From assembly GCA_044228685.1 (NCBI GenBank), contig JBGAUL010000002.1, positions 206,218-270,217 of the forward strand: 64,000 nt of DNA, given 5' to 3'. Shown here piece after piece: positions 36,572 to 45,334 of this stretch (its first letter is position 1; each line of letters opens with the position of its first letter). Made by a program: the position numbers and the translations under genes. The DNA is from Chlorobiota bacterium. GTDB lineage: Bacteria; Bacteroidota; Ignavibacteria; Kapaibacteriales; NICIL-2. Below the pieces are notes generated by a model. That model was not told where the DNA came from. It searched no databases and saw nothing but the letters and a program-made list of their open reading frames with translations.

Positions 36572-37801
36572 ATGCGCTTTTTGTACTTAGTGCTCTTCAT
36601 CATTATTGCTTCTCATACTGTAGCTTTTGCAAGTGGCAGCGATGCAATTCTTCAGCCTCAAGCCGTGCCGACCTTAGTTGAGCCCGAAGACAACGCCGAG
36701 TTCCATTGTCCGAAGTTGATACGCCTTGTTTGCACTGCACCAAAGGGCACGAATTCTTTTCATATCCAACTCTCGCAAGATTCAACCTTTCGCACTCTGC
36801 CCTTGATGTTGGATGATATGATTCTTGGCCTTGATAGTGCAATCGATATTTGTCCGCCTTTTCAAAAAGATCAAAAAGTGTATTGGCGATGCCAGGTGAA
36901 TGGCGGTACTTGGTCAGAGACACGTCGCTTCATGGTTTACGTGGCCTGCGGTCTGGAACTCGTCTCGCCCCCCGACGACTCCACCCTCTGCGGTCATGCA
37001 ACGCTTCGTTGGAATCTTCCTCCCAACACCAAATACATGTTCCTCACAGTTCGCACGGAAGCCGGTGAAATAGTGCGCGAAGACGAGGCAGACGGAACCA
37101 CAATGACGCAGGTTGATATTACTGCAAAAGGCGACTTTGTTTGGCAGGTAATGGTGATGGACAGTAGTGGTCTTGGTAAGCTGAGCTTGTCACGTCACTT
37201 CCACATTATCCAGCCGGAAATCCCAACGCAATTAGCGCCTCCTCAAGACAGTGCCTTCTTGGTCAGCAGCACTCTCAACAAAACAATTCGCCTAAGCTGG
37301 ACGAAATCTCCGTTGGCTGTGTTGTATCGTCTCGACATTCAGTTCCTCGATTCAACTGAGCACCATTACCTCACCGACACCAGTTTTGTGCTGAATGCAA
37401 GCGAACGGAAGAACGGCTTTTATCTGTGGAAAGTAATGGCTCTGTGCGCCGATAGCACGGCTTCAACCTTCTCAACGCCACGATCATTCTCGATTACGCA
37501 TCCCGAAGAAGTATCGGTTAGCGATGCGACATCGTCCGGCTTGATTCTGTATCCAAATCCTGCTATGGATCAACTCACAATTGTACTACCAGATGAATTA
37601 CGCGGCCTACAAAACGATGCGACGATTTCCATTCACTCACTGCTTGGTGAAACAGTGTGGTCGAGTTCGATGACACAAGTCTCGCAAGCTGCTTTGAATA
37701 TTAATCTCAAAACCTTAGGACTTAGCAACGGATTGTACACGCTGCACATTCAAGCAGGCTCGCGGCTCATGACCGCGCGTTTCATGCACGCCGCTCGCTA
37801 G
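36572..37801 (+). CDS. Secreted protein with three ~100-aa 'W...YxWxV' modules and a T9SS C-terminal sorting domain
   Basis: Signal peptide. Modules end in VYWRCQV, FVWQVMV and FYLWKVMA. CTD-like end (LILYPNPAMDQLTIVL...LSNGLYTLHIQAG). Confidence 0.6.
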   Translation: MRFLYLVLFIIIASHTVAFASGSDAILQPQAVPTLVEPEDNAEFHCPKLIRLVCTAPKGTNSFHIQLSQDSTFRTLPLMLDDMILGLDSAIDICPPFQKDQKVYWRCQVNGGTWSETRRFMVYVACGLELVSPPDDSTLCGHATLRWNLPPNTKYMFLTVRTEAGEIVREDEADGTTMTQVDITAKGDFVWQVMVMDSSGLGKLSLSRHFHIIQPEIPTQLAPPQDSAFLVSSTLNKTIRLSWTKSPLAVLYRLDIQFLDSTEHHYLTDTSFVLNASERKNGFYLWKVMALCADSTASTFSTPRSFSITHPEEVSVSDATSSGLILYPNPAMDQLTIVLPDELRGLQNDATISIHSLLGETVWSSSMTQVSQAALNINLKTLGLSNGLYTLHIQAGSRLMTARFMHAAR

Positions 37802-37956
37802 CGAGAAGCCACACGATCAATAAAATTGAACAAGCATATGCGTCGTCGTTGTAAAGCGTCGGCGCATTATTATTTAACACAGCGTATTCAACTATTCATC
37901 ATCCGTGATTTGTCTACAGACGCAATATTGCATCCCAATTTTACTGAGGCGTTGAT

Positions 37957-39885
37957 ATGAAATTGCTGAGCACTTCGTTCTTTCTCTTCGTGACTTGTCT
38001 TGCTGTCTTGCAGGCGCAAAACAACACTCGTTCCGACTATACTGAAGGCACATCGCGCATAGTGCGAGGAATCGTCGAAGAGAAGTTGCGCCTGAGTCCT
38101 GAGCACCTTCAACGCATCATGCAACAACGTGATCCGGCTGAGCAGCGTCGTATGCTGCGTGAGGTACTGAAAGCTGAAGCACCATCTCAAAACAACAAAG
38201 CATCCCTAACGCAAGGCTCGACTTTTGATCGTCGAGTTAGTATCGGCGGTTCCGAGGAATCAGAATTACACGCTGCTGTAAACCCAACTGATTCGAACAA
38301 CATTGTATGCTCGGCAATGTCGCAAGCTGAACTTGGTTTAACCTTTCCCATGTACTACACCAAAGACTTCGGCAAGACCTGGCATGCCAGTAACTTTTCA
38401 CCTGCGCCGAGTGATCTTACTGCGCTTGTGTTAGGCGGTGGCGACCCCATGTTTGCATTCGACGCCAACGGGAAACTGTATTACTCATGGATCGATTTGT
38501 ACCTAAGCTTAGGAGGCGGATTTTCGAATCCTCCGATGGTCATGTTCTGGGCCAGCTCAACAGATGGTGGCGCGAACTTCGATCGTCTGGATGGCAAAGA
38601 CTCGATCACATCGGGTTTTCTTAATCTCGCGAATCAAGAAGCAAGCGTCCTTCCTGACAAACAGTGGATGGTGTGCGATCTGTCATCTTCACCCGGTCGC
38701 AACAATGTCTACACAAGTCTGCTCCAATACTATCCCAGCGATCAACGCGTTGCAATGCGTGTAAAGAATGCGTCGGATCCGACCTTCAACTCCACCGTCT
38801 TACGACCAACTTCAAAAGAATATACTTTCAATCAATTCACGAGCATTGATTGTGATGATGAAGGTGTGCCGCATATGAGTTTTGTCGCGGCGTTGCCACA
38901 GGACTCCATGCCCGAAGGTGAGTTCAGAATTTATCATATGAGTTCGCCGGATCACGGAAAGACGGTTGCGAAGGAAGACTTTGTTAGTTCAATTCGCTTT
39001 CTCAAATCGAGTTCCGGCGATCCTACACCGATTGAGCCCCCAGCCGGTATGTCGCGCATACAAGCTCTACCACAAATCGCGTGCGACAAGTCTTCGGGTA
39101 GCGCGTTTAAAGGCAATGTGTATTTAGTGTGGACGGCAGTAGGTGTGAGCGAGCGACTTAACAACGGCACTGACATTTACTTCAGTCGTTCGACCGATCA
39201 TGGCAAGACCTGGTCGGCGCCTCGCATCGTCAACAACGACGCTCAAGGCAAAGGCACAACCCAAGCCTATGCATCAATGTGTGTTAATCAGGATGGTCGC
39301 ATTGCTGTTTGCTGGTACGACTTCTCATCGAATGCCTCGAACACTCAAGGTGTGTACACCATGGCATATTCATTCGATGGTGGACTAAGCTTCCTTCCAT
39401 CGTTTCCTGTTGCATCTGCCCCAACAGACTTCTCAATATTCGCAAGCGATACAACCAAGGCATTTGGAATGGGCGAATACAACCAAGTGGTTTGTACCCG
39501 CGGTTATGCAATCCCGTTCTGGGGCGATGCACGAAACGGTGTTCGACAGATCTACTGCGCTAAAGTTCCCTTTACGGCAAATCAAGAAGTTTCGGTTCCA
39601 GAGGAAGTTTCTTCGATCAGTGAAGGATTCCGTCTCAAGCTTCCTCAACCAAACCCAAGCAACACCAACCTACATTTCAGCTATGCTTTAAGCACCGCAC
39701 GAACGATTAGTCTTGAGTTGGTTGATAGTCGTGGCGCAATCGTCAAATCGCTTGTACACGCATCTCTTTCCAGCGGAGAATACACTGGCGAGTGCAGTGT
39801 TACAGAGCTCAGTTCCGGGACCTACTTTCTACGCATGCGCGGAGATAATGCGGTTGTGAACCAAAAAGTGGTTGTACGGCATTAG
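37957..39885 (+). CDS. Secreted BNR/sialidase-like beta-propeller protein with T9SS C-terminal sorting domain
   Basis: Signal ...AVLQA|QN. Asp-boxes (TKDFGKTW, SSTDGGANF, SSPDHGKTV, SRSTDHGKTWS, YSFDGGLSF). CTD-like end (LPQPNPSNTNLHFSYAL...LSSGTYFLRMRG...VVVRH). Confidence 0.7.
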   Translation: MKLLSTSFFLFVTCLAVLQAQNNTRSDYTEGTSRIVRGIVEEKLRLSPEHLQRIMQQRDPAEQRRMLREVLKAEAPSQNNKASLTQGSTFDRRVSIGGSEESELHAAVNPTDSNNIVCSAMSQAELGLTFPMYYTKDFGKTWHASNFSPAPSDLTALVLGGGDPMFAFDANGKLYYSWIDLYLSLGGGFSNPPMVMFWASSTDGGANFDRLDGKDSITSGFLNLANQEASVLPDKQWMVCDLSSSPGRNNVYTSLLQYYPSDQRVAMRVKNASDPTFNSTVLRPTSKEYTFNQFTSIDCDDEGVPHMSFVAALPQDSMPEGEFRIYHMSSPDHGKTVAKEDFVSSIRFLKSSSGDPTPIEPPAGMSRIQALPQIACDKSSGSAFKGNVYLVWTAVGVSERLNNGTDIYFSRSTDHGKTWSAPRIVNNDAQGKGTTQAYASMCVNQDGRIAVCWYDFSSNASNTQGVYTMAYSFDGGLSFLPSFPVASAPTDFSIFASDTTKAFGMGEYNQVVCTRGYAIPFWGDARNGVRQIYCAKVPFTANQEVSVPEEVSSISEGFRLKLPQPNPSNTNLHFSYALSTARTISLELVDSRGAIVKSLVHASLSSGEYTGECSVTELSSGTYFLRMRGDNAVVNQKVVVRH

Positions 39886-40046
39886 ACACAAGGTTGCATT
39901 AGGTCGCTGCCCGGATTGGCTTTATGTATTTGGACCTCAGAATACACGACCTGATTGTCTGTACGAGCGCGCGTTGCATCTTTGAACTCCAAAACGAATT
40001 CAATAGTCTTTGAGCTACACTGTTTTTGATATTTCAGGATTGTCCT

Positions 40047-41702
40047 ATGAATAGACTTCTATCTCTCCGATTTTCTCTTCTTCTGCTCTGCAGCCTCGCA
40101 GTTTTCGCGAGTGGCGCACTTCAAGCGCAGAACACAACCATTGTTGGAAAGATTCTCGGCTTCAATTCCAAGCCAATGCCTGCGGCGCATATTCACTTGC
40201 AGGAGTTGACGGCAACCAACGATAAGACCATTTCGCAGGCTGCCGGCAAAGATGGCAGCTACAGCGTCACGGTGCCGAATGGATGGTATCGTCTGACTTT
40301 TAGTGGCGTCAATCACATGGCCGACAACGTACCTCCGGCTATTTATTGCAGCGGTCCGGAGATTCATCTTAATGTCCGTCTTCAGGCAAATGCTATTCCT
40401 GTAGCACCTGATTCAGTACAGATTATTACAGAACTTGACCACTACTCGTTTGTCAAAGCGCAGACGATGACAAAGATGCCCGACGGTCGTTATAGCTTTG
40501 AGGTCAAGGGCGCAGGTGCCACGCTTGGTTACCAGGTCATCGTGTACACCAAAGGCAATTCCGATGCGCATAGCATCAATGGAACTCAAGCAGATGATTA
40601 CGAATACGATGGTGGCGGAGACTATCGCTGCAAGGTCAATACGAACAATGGTGCAGTCACAGTTGTTTTCGATCCAAAACAGTTACCTACCGACTCGAAG
40701 GAGTCAGACGAACAGTTTGTTGATGCTGCTTCAAAGGCGATGTCTGAAGTTGTCTTCGATCAAATGAGCTTGCAGACTGAGTATTACAATGCTATGACCC
40801 ATCAGCAAGAAGGTCAAAAGGTTGACTACGATGCTACATCGCATCGCAAGAAATTCGCTAAACTCTTCAAGGCCGAACGCTCTCCCATTCTCAAGCAGTT
40901 ACTGATGATGTCGTATTTGCGTGTTCAGTCATTGCCCGGTGACAACAGCAAACCGTCTCCAGCTATCGTCGACGAAATCCTCCAAAGCATTGCACCTAGC
41001 AGTGGTATGTGGGAGTACTATTCGGATCTCTTGGGTTTTGCCGTGCAATCAAGCTCAAACCCCAACTCCGACTACGAAGATCGCGTGTTGAAGGAAAATC
41101 CAAATACAACAGTAAAAGCGCAAATTCTCTGCGATCGTTTGGAAAAGGCGCTTAAGAATAAGGACATGGATAATGCAAAGCGTTTGTATGCGACCTTGAC
41201 CACAGACTACAAAGACACGTGGCCGGGTCATCGCGCAAAGACTGAGTTAAATCCCGGTAGCACCGTCAAGTTAGGTGCACGTATCCCTGACTTTGCATTC
41301 GAAGCCATGGAAGATTCCACCAAGAAATACACAGCAAAAGAATTTCGTGGTAAGTGGGTATTGATTGATAATTGGGCTACATGGTGCGGACCCTGCGTCG
41401 GCGAAATGGCATCGCTCCACGCAGCGTGGGATCACTTTAAGTCAAAGAACTTCGTGATTCTCTCCGTCTCGTTTGATCGCACAAAACAAGACGTAGCAAA
41501 GTTCCGTGGAGCCAAGTGGTCAATGCCTTGGACACACTGTTTCTCTGCCGGTGTTTGGAAGAACGAAGCAACAAAGATTTTTGAAATCTCCGGAATTCCA
41601 AAACCAATTCTTGTCGATCCAACCGGTACCATTGTTGCTATGGACGCGGACTTGCGCGGAGGCGCATTGGAGCAAACTCTGAAGAAGTACTTAGCTGATT
41701 AA
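40047..41702 (+). CDS. Secreted TlpA-like thiol:disulfide oxidoreductase with long N-terminal extension (CarboxypepD_reg-like beta-sandwich plus helical region)
   Basis: Signal ...GALQA|QN. N-terminal TIVGKILGFNSKPMPAAHIHL. C-terminal thioredoxin fold with the WATWCGPC active site. Start taken at MNRLL; the ORF is open from 40026. Confidence 0.7.
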   Translation: MNRLLSLRFSLLLLCSLAVFASGALQAQNTTIVGKILGFNSKPMPAAHIHLQELTATNDKTISQAAGKDGSYSVTVPNGWYRLTFSGVNHMADNVPPAIYCSGPEIHLNVRLQANAIPVAPDSVQIITELDHYSFVKAQTMTKMPDGRYSFEVKGAGATLGYQVIVYTKGNSDAHSINGTQADDYEYDGGGDYRCKVNTNNGAVTVVFDPKQLPTDSKESDEQFVDAASKAMSEVVFDQMSLQTEYYNAMTHQQEGQKVDYDATSHRKKFAKLFKAERSPILKQLLMMSYLRVQSLPGDNSKPSPAIVDEILQSIAPSSGMWEYYSDLLGFAVQSSSNPNSDYEDRVLKENPNTTVKAQILCDRLEKALKNKDMDNAKRLYATLTTDYKDTWPGHRAKTELNPGSTVKLGARIPDFAFEAMEDSTKKYTAKEFRGKWVLIDNWATWCGPCVGEMASLHAAWDHFKSKNFVILSVSFDRTKQDVAKFRGAKWSMPWTHCFSAGVWKNEATKIFEISGIPKPILVDPTGTIVAMDADLRGGALEQTLKKYLAD

Positions 41703-41752
41703 GTTGCTCAGCATTAGAGTACTCATCATACTCGAGAATAGACTTTTAATCC

Positions 41753-41790
41753 GAAGTGTACTGTCAACAACAGTGCACTTCTTTTATTTT
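41753..41790 (+). terminator. Strong rho-independent terminator
   Basis: GAAGTGTACTGT (41753-41764), loop CAACA, ACAGTGCACTTC (41770-41781): a 12-bp stem with one G.T pair, followed by TTTTATTTT. This argues that the next gene starts at 41852, not 41756. Confidence 0.7.
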
Positions 41791-41851
41791 AAGCGACTTC
41801 AAGGCTCTTATATTGAGCTGCAGACTCACCTGCGCTATTTGGGGAAAGGCT

Positions 41852-42775
41852 ATGAAAATTCAATCTCTGTTTATTGGGTTCTTTGTTCTCGTGATGCTCA
41901 GCATTAATGTCAGAGCTCACAGCGGAATGTCAGACGTAGAAGGTAAATGGTACCTTATCGTCCAATGGAAACCAATCTCGACGCAAAACATTGTAGCATG
42001 CTGGATGTTGTTTGAGGCCAATCACGAGGTTACAATGGGAATCGATTCAACCCAAAGCAAACTCGGCACCTGGTACGTGGATTCGCTCACACAACGCGTC
42101 GTTGCTTCGTTTGACAAAACGAGTTATCGCTTGATTGTGAGCGATACAAACATGTCAGGTACCGTTTCGACTGGTTCGAGCAGTGGCTACGTAGAAGCAA
42201 CTCGTTTTAAAGGACCATATTGGGATTCACTTTTTCACAGCTCGAAGAGAGATACCAACAAGTTTCATATCCGCATGGGTGTCGATTACTACGAGCAAGA
42301 CGTTAAAGTTGGTAGGATTCATCTTGGCATGGCTTTTAATCCGGGCGGAATTTCTTTCAATACTGAGATGTTGTCCTTGAGTGTGTTGAAGAAAGACGAT
42401 AAAACATACATTTCCTCAAATGCACTATGGCCTTTGTTTAGTGGTGTAGGTTATTTGATTGGAGCATTGAGTAGCAAAGGCGACGCTGAGGTAGGTGCTG
42501 CAACTCCGATGTTAGCACAGATGCTCGGTAACTTCGACGTCAATGTGCCGCTGGGTACTCCACTGTTGTGCGTTGATTTCGGACAGCAAACTGATTTCTA
42601 TTTCTTTTACGACGTCTCGCGCGTATGCACTGCCAGCTACGGCGGTGTCATGCTCAATCTTTTTCCGGCTCACATACCGTTACAAGCGGTAGCATCCTAT
42701 CACATTCCTTGGTATAGAGGATATATGACAACGCGGGAGAATTACTTCAGTGCTCGCATCAATCTCGTGTTCTAA
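41852..42775 (+). CDS. Hypothetical secreted protein (307 aa), possibly partly beta-barrel
   Basis: Signal peptide MKIQSLFIGFFVLVMLSINVRA|H. No recognisable family. The C-terminus (YFSARINLVF) ends in an aromatic residue, as in OMP terminal strands. Confidence 0.45.
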   Translation: MKIQSLFIGFFVLVMLSINVRAHSGMSDVEGKWYLIVQWKPISTQNIVACWMLFEANHEVTMGIDSTQSKLGTWYVDSLTQRVVASFDKTSYRLIVSDTNMSGTVSTGSSSGYVEATRFKGPYWDSLFHSSKRDTNKFHIRMGVDYYEQDVKVGRIHLGMAFNPGGISFNTEMLSLSVLKKDDKTYISSNALWPLFSGVGYLIGALSSKGDAEVGAATPMLAQMLGNFDVNVPLGTPLLCVDFGQQTDFYFFYDVSRVCTASYGGVMLNLFPAHIPLQAVASYHIPWYRGYMTTRENYFSARINLVF

Positions 42776-42787
42776 CACTTTTTATTG

Positions 42788-43642
42788 TCATTCAGTGATC
42801 TGAATTTCAAAAACTCGTGGCCACAATTTTCCTGTAACCAAAAAAGTGTTCTTTGCTGCATCGTAGGCAATGCCGTTCATCTCTGCCGAGCTGTGATGTT
42901 CGTACTGGACTTGTTCTGCAAGCGAGCTTAGGTCAAGGTCACCAACCACCGTGGCATCACTGACGCGAATCTTGACGATGCGGTTGGTTGTCCAAACATT
43001 GGCGTAGATATAACCATCGACATATTCCAACTCATTGAGGTATTGTAAGGGATAGCCGTTTTGCGAGACGCTTAGTGTCTTTGTGACTTTCAGAGTTTTA
43101 GGATCGAGATACTTCAGCAAATTCGTTCCGTCACTCATGATCAGTGAGCTCCCGTCAGTCGTCATTCCCCATCCCTCCGCACTCGGTAAATCAAACTTCC
43201 CAAGCTTCTTGAAGCTCTTCGCATCATATATAAATCCAACCTTTGATTGATAGGTTAGCTGATAGGCTTTGCCATTGAGAAAGCAGATTCCCTCACCGAA
43301 GTAGATTTTGCGATCGAGTTCTGCTTTGACCTCAATGTGACCATTCGCACGGTTCAGTATGCCAAACAAAGAGCGCGTGAATGGCAGCTGCGAAGTGGCA
43401 CCGGTACTTTCGTAAATCTTGCCGTCGTGTATCAACAATCCTTCCGTGAAGGAACTTGTATCATGAGGAAACCAGTCAACCGTCTTATACTTCAACACAC
43501 CCGTCGCAGCCGCAGCAGGTTTTTGCTCAACTTTCAGCAAGGGCTCCGGTGCCTCGCTCTTCTTTGAACATTGCTCCAAGACAAAGACTTGAAGAAGTAG
43601 CACCGCTACCAAGACTCCGCGCATGATATATCGTTTGCTCAC
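42788..43642 (-). CDS. Glutaminyl-peptide cyclotransferase, beta-propeller (plant/bacterial) type, probable lipoprotein
   Basis: The FTEGLLIHDGKIYESTGATS..., LNELEYVDGYIYANVW and NGIAYDAAKNTFLVTGKLWP blocks are typical of the Glu_cyclase_2 family. N-terminal signal with Cys (VLEQC). Confidence 0.8.
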   Translation of the reverse strand: MSKRYIMRGVLVAVLLLQVFVLEQCSKKSEAPEPLLKVEQKPAAAATGVLKYKTVDWFPHDTSSFTEGLLIHDGKIYESTGATSQLPFTRSLFGILNRANGHIEVKAELDRKIYFGEGICFLNGKAYQLTYQSKVGFIYDAKSFKKLGKFDLPSAEGWGMTTDGSSLIMSDGTNLLKYLDPKTLKVTKTLSVSQNGYPLQYLNELEYVDGYIYANVWTTNRIVKIRVSDATVVGDLDLSSLAEQVQYEHHSSAEMNGIAYDAAKNTFLVTGKLWPRVFEIQITE

Positions 43643-43789
43643 TGTGAATCTGATATGAGAGAAAGGCCAATTTAGTCAGTGCACACTTTCTAATGCCAAG
43701 AGTCTCGTCGACGCACCCATCACATTTCTTCACCACTCAGCACCAAAAAGCCCAAAAACATACGCGTTCTTACACAAAGTAAAATTCTT

Positions 43790-43840
43790 CTTGCGCAACC
43801 GAATAGTTGCATATATATTGCAACCGATTGGTTGCGCAAG
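43790..43840. promoter_or_regulatory. Double palindromic operator / promoter of the arsR-family operon
   Basis: The outer 11-bp inverted repeat CTTGCGCAACC (43790-43800) / GGTTGCGCAAG (43830-43840) encloses GTTGCA-TATATAT-TGCAAC (43806-43824). It can equally be read as two tandem 16-bp palindromes, GCAACCGAATAGTTGC (43795-43810) and GCAACCGATTGGTTGC (43820-43835). It lies ~95 bp upstream of the ArsR-family start. Confidence 0.55.
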
Positions 43841-43935
43841 GAAAATAGCGATAAGTGCTGAGCGACTAACTCAATCGACTATTTATTGCAGCATCGCTAC
43901 CAGCATCGGCGGGTATAAACAAGAGTGAGGACACT

Positions 43936-44250
43936 ATGCGCAGAGATGTATTTCAGGCTTTAGCAGACCCTACACGACGTCAGATCGTGCTCTTGATAGC
44001 GCAGCAGAGCATGACGCCGAACACCATTGCCGAGGAATTTCACATGAGTCGTCAGGCTGTATCAAAGCACATTCAGGTTTTACGTGAGTGTGGGTTGATT
44101 ATGGTGGTACAGAAGGGACGCGAGCGTTATTGTGAAATACAGCGACAAAAGCTCAGCGAGGTTGAGGAGTGGCTGAGTCACTTCCGATCGAGCTGGGAAT
44201 CACGCTTTGACAAATTGGATTCTGTTTTACTATCAATGAAGAAGAAATGA
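43936..44250 (+). CDS. ArsR/SmtB-family transcriptional regulator
   Basis: Winged HTH with ALADPTRRQIVLLI...NTIAEEFHMSRQAVSKHIQVLRECGLI. 104 aa. Confidence 0.85.
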   Translation: MRRDVFQALADPTRRQIVLLIAQQSMTPNTIAEEFHMSRQAVSKHIQVLRECGLIMVVQKGRERYCEIQRQKLSEVEEWLSHFRSSWESRFDKLDSVLLSMKKK

Positions 44251-44735
44251 GTGCATATCCTACAACCATTACCGCAGAGCCTGGAAAGCAGGAACTGTTT
44301 ATCACGCGTGAGTTCAACGCTTCACGCGAAGATGTTTACAGAGCCTTTAGCGAACCGGAGTTCATAGTGCAGTGGCTTGGTCCACGTTCCATGACCACAA
44401 AAATTGACTACCTTGACAACCGAAGCGGTGGAAGCTGGCGCTTCTTGCACACAGATCCGCAAGGCAGAACCTACAGCTTCAATGGTGCGATACACGAAGT
44501 GGCAGCGCCGCATCGCATGATCCGGACTTTTGAATTTGAGCAGTTACCTGAACGAGGTCACGTCTCGCTGGAGTTTCTTACAATTGAAGAACTTGGTCCT
44601 GAACATTCACGCATAAGCATTCAAGCAGTGTTTCGTTCTGTTGCAGATCGCGACGGTATTATTGCATCCGGTATGGAAATGGGAGTGAAGGATGGTCATG
44701 AGCGACTCGACGAGCTCTTTGCTTCTTGGAAATAA
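44247..44735 (+). CDS. SRPBCC-superfamily protein (AHSA1 / activator of Hsp90 ATPase homologue-like)
   Basis: 162 aa. The blocks ITREFNASREDVYRAFSEPE...WLGP and GGSWRF...G..Y.F.G...EV..P are typical of the family. ATGA overlap with the arsR-like gene, a common pairing. Confidence 0.7.
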   Translation: MSAYPTTITAEPGKQELFITREFNASREDVYRAFSEPEFIVQWLGPRSMTTKIDYLDNRSGGSWRFLHTDPQGRTYSFNGAIHEVAAPHRMIRTFEFEQLPERGHVSLEFLTIEELGPEHSRISIQAVFRSVADRDGIIASGMEMGVKDGHERLDELFASWK

Positions 44736-44765
44736 CTCAACATTTATCAACTAACACATACAACT

Positions 44766-45164
44766 ATGCCACAAGAATTTTGGCTCGGTATTCCGGTTAA
44801 GAACTTAGAACGCTCGAAGAGCTTCTATACCCATATGGGATTTCACATCTCCGGTGGACCCGGAAACACCCCACAAATGGCGCCATTGAAAATCGGCGAC
44901 CAGAACGTCGTTGTCATGCTTGCTGAAGAGTCAGTCTTCCAAAGTTGGATCAACCACACCGTATCAGATGCCAACAAGTCCAACGAAGTTCTGCTCTGCT
45001 TTGATGCAAAGAGCAAGGAACACGTCGATGAACTAGCTCGTCTGGCAGTCGAAGCCGGCGGACAATGCTCACACGTTCCTTCCGAAATGGATGGTCCGAT
45101 GTACGGCTGTAACTTCACCGACCTCGACGGTCATCGCTGGAATGCGCTCTACTTCCCCCGCTAG
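44766..45164 (+). CDS. VOC-family (glyoxalase/bleomycin-resistance fold) protein
   Basis: 132 aa. N-terminal WLGIPVKNLERSKSFYTHMGF and C-terminal FTDLDGHRWNALY are typical of the VOC beta-alpha-beta-beta-beta fold. Confidence 0.65.
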   Translation: MPQEFWLGIPVKNLERSKSFYTHMGFHISGGPGNTPQMAPLKIGDQNVVVMLAEESVFQSWINHTVSDANKSNEVLLCFDAKSKEHVDELARLAVEAGGQCSHVPSEMDGPMYGCNFTDLDGHRWNALYFPR

Positions 45165-45214
45165 AATGCCGCAAAACAGCTAAAGATCAGCATTTTTCAT
45201 GCTATCTACTTCAG

Positions 45215-45250
45215 CCCGAGGCAGGTCCTTATACCTGCCTCGGGTTTTTT
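45215..45250 (+). terminator. Strong rho-independent terminator of the arsR operon
   Basis: CCCGAGGCAGGT (45215-45226), loop CCTTAT, ACCTGCCTCGGG (45233-45244), then T6 (45245-45250). Perfect 12-bp stem. Confidence 0.8.
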
Positions 45251-45304
45251 ATGACTGCACCCAACCAACTCCCTAAGCGCCCAAAGGAAGATTTCTCAAT
45301 TATG

Positions 45305-45334
45305 AATAAGATAATAAAGTGTTATTATCTTATT
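45305..45334. promoter_or_regulatory. Perfect 13-bp AT-rich inverted repeat upstream of the cytochrome oxidase operon
   Basis: AATAAGATAATAA (45305-45317), AGTG, TTATTATCTTATT (45322-45334). Lies ~260 nt upstream of the cytochrome c start. Candidate operator; no T-run follows, so it is unlikely to be a terminator. Confidence 0.3.

Noticed and set aside
41756-41851. N-terminal 32-aa extension of the 41756-42775 ORF
   Set aside because: The extension is read through the strong terminator hairpin at 41753-41790. The Met at 41852 is followed by a classical signal peptide, so the shorter start is preferred. The same logic led to trimming the 18952, 34714, 40026 and 59926 ORF starts.
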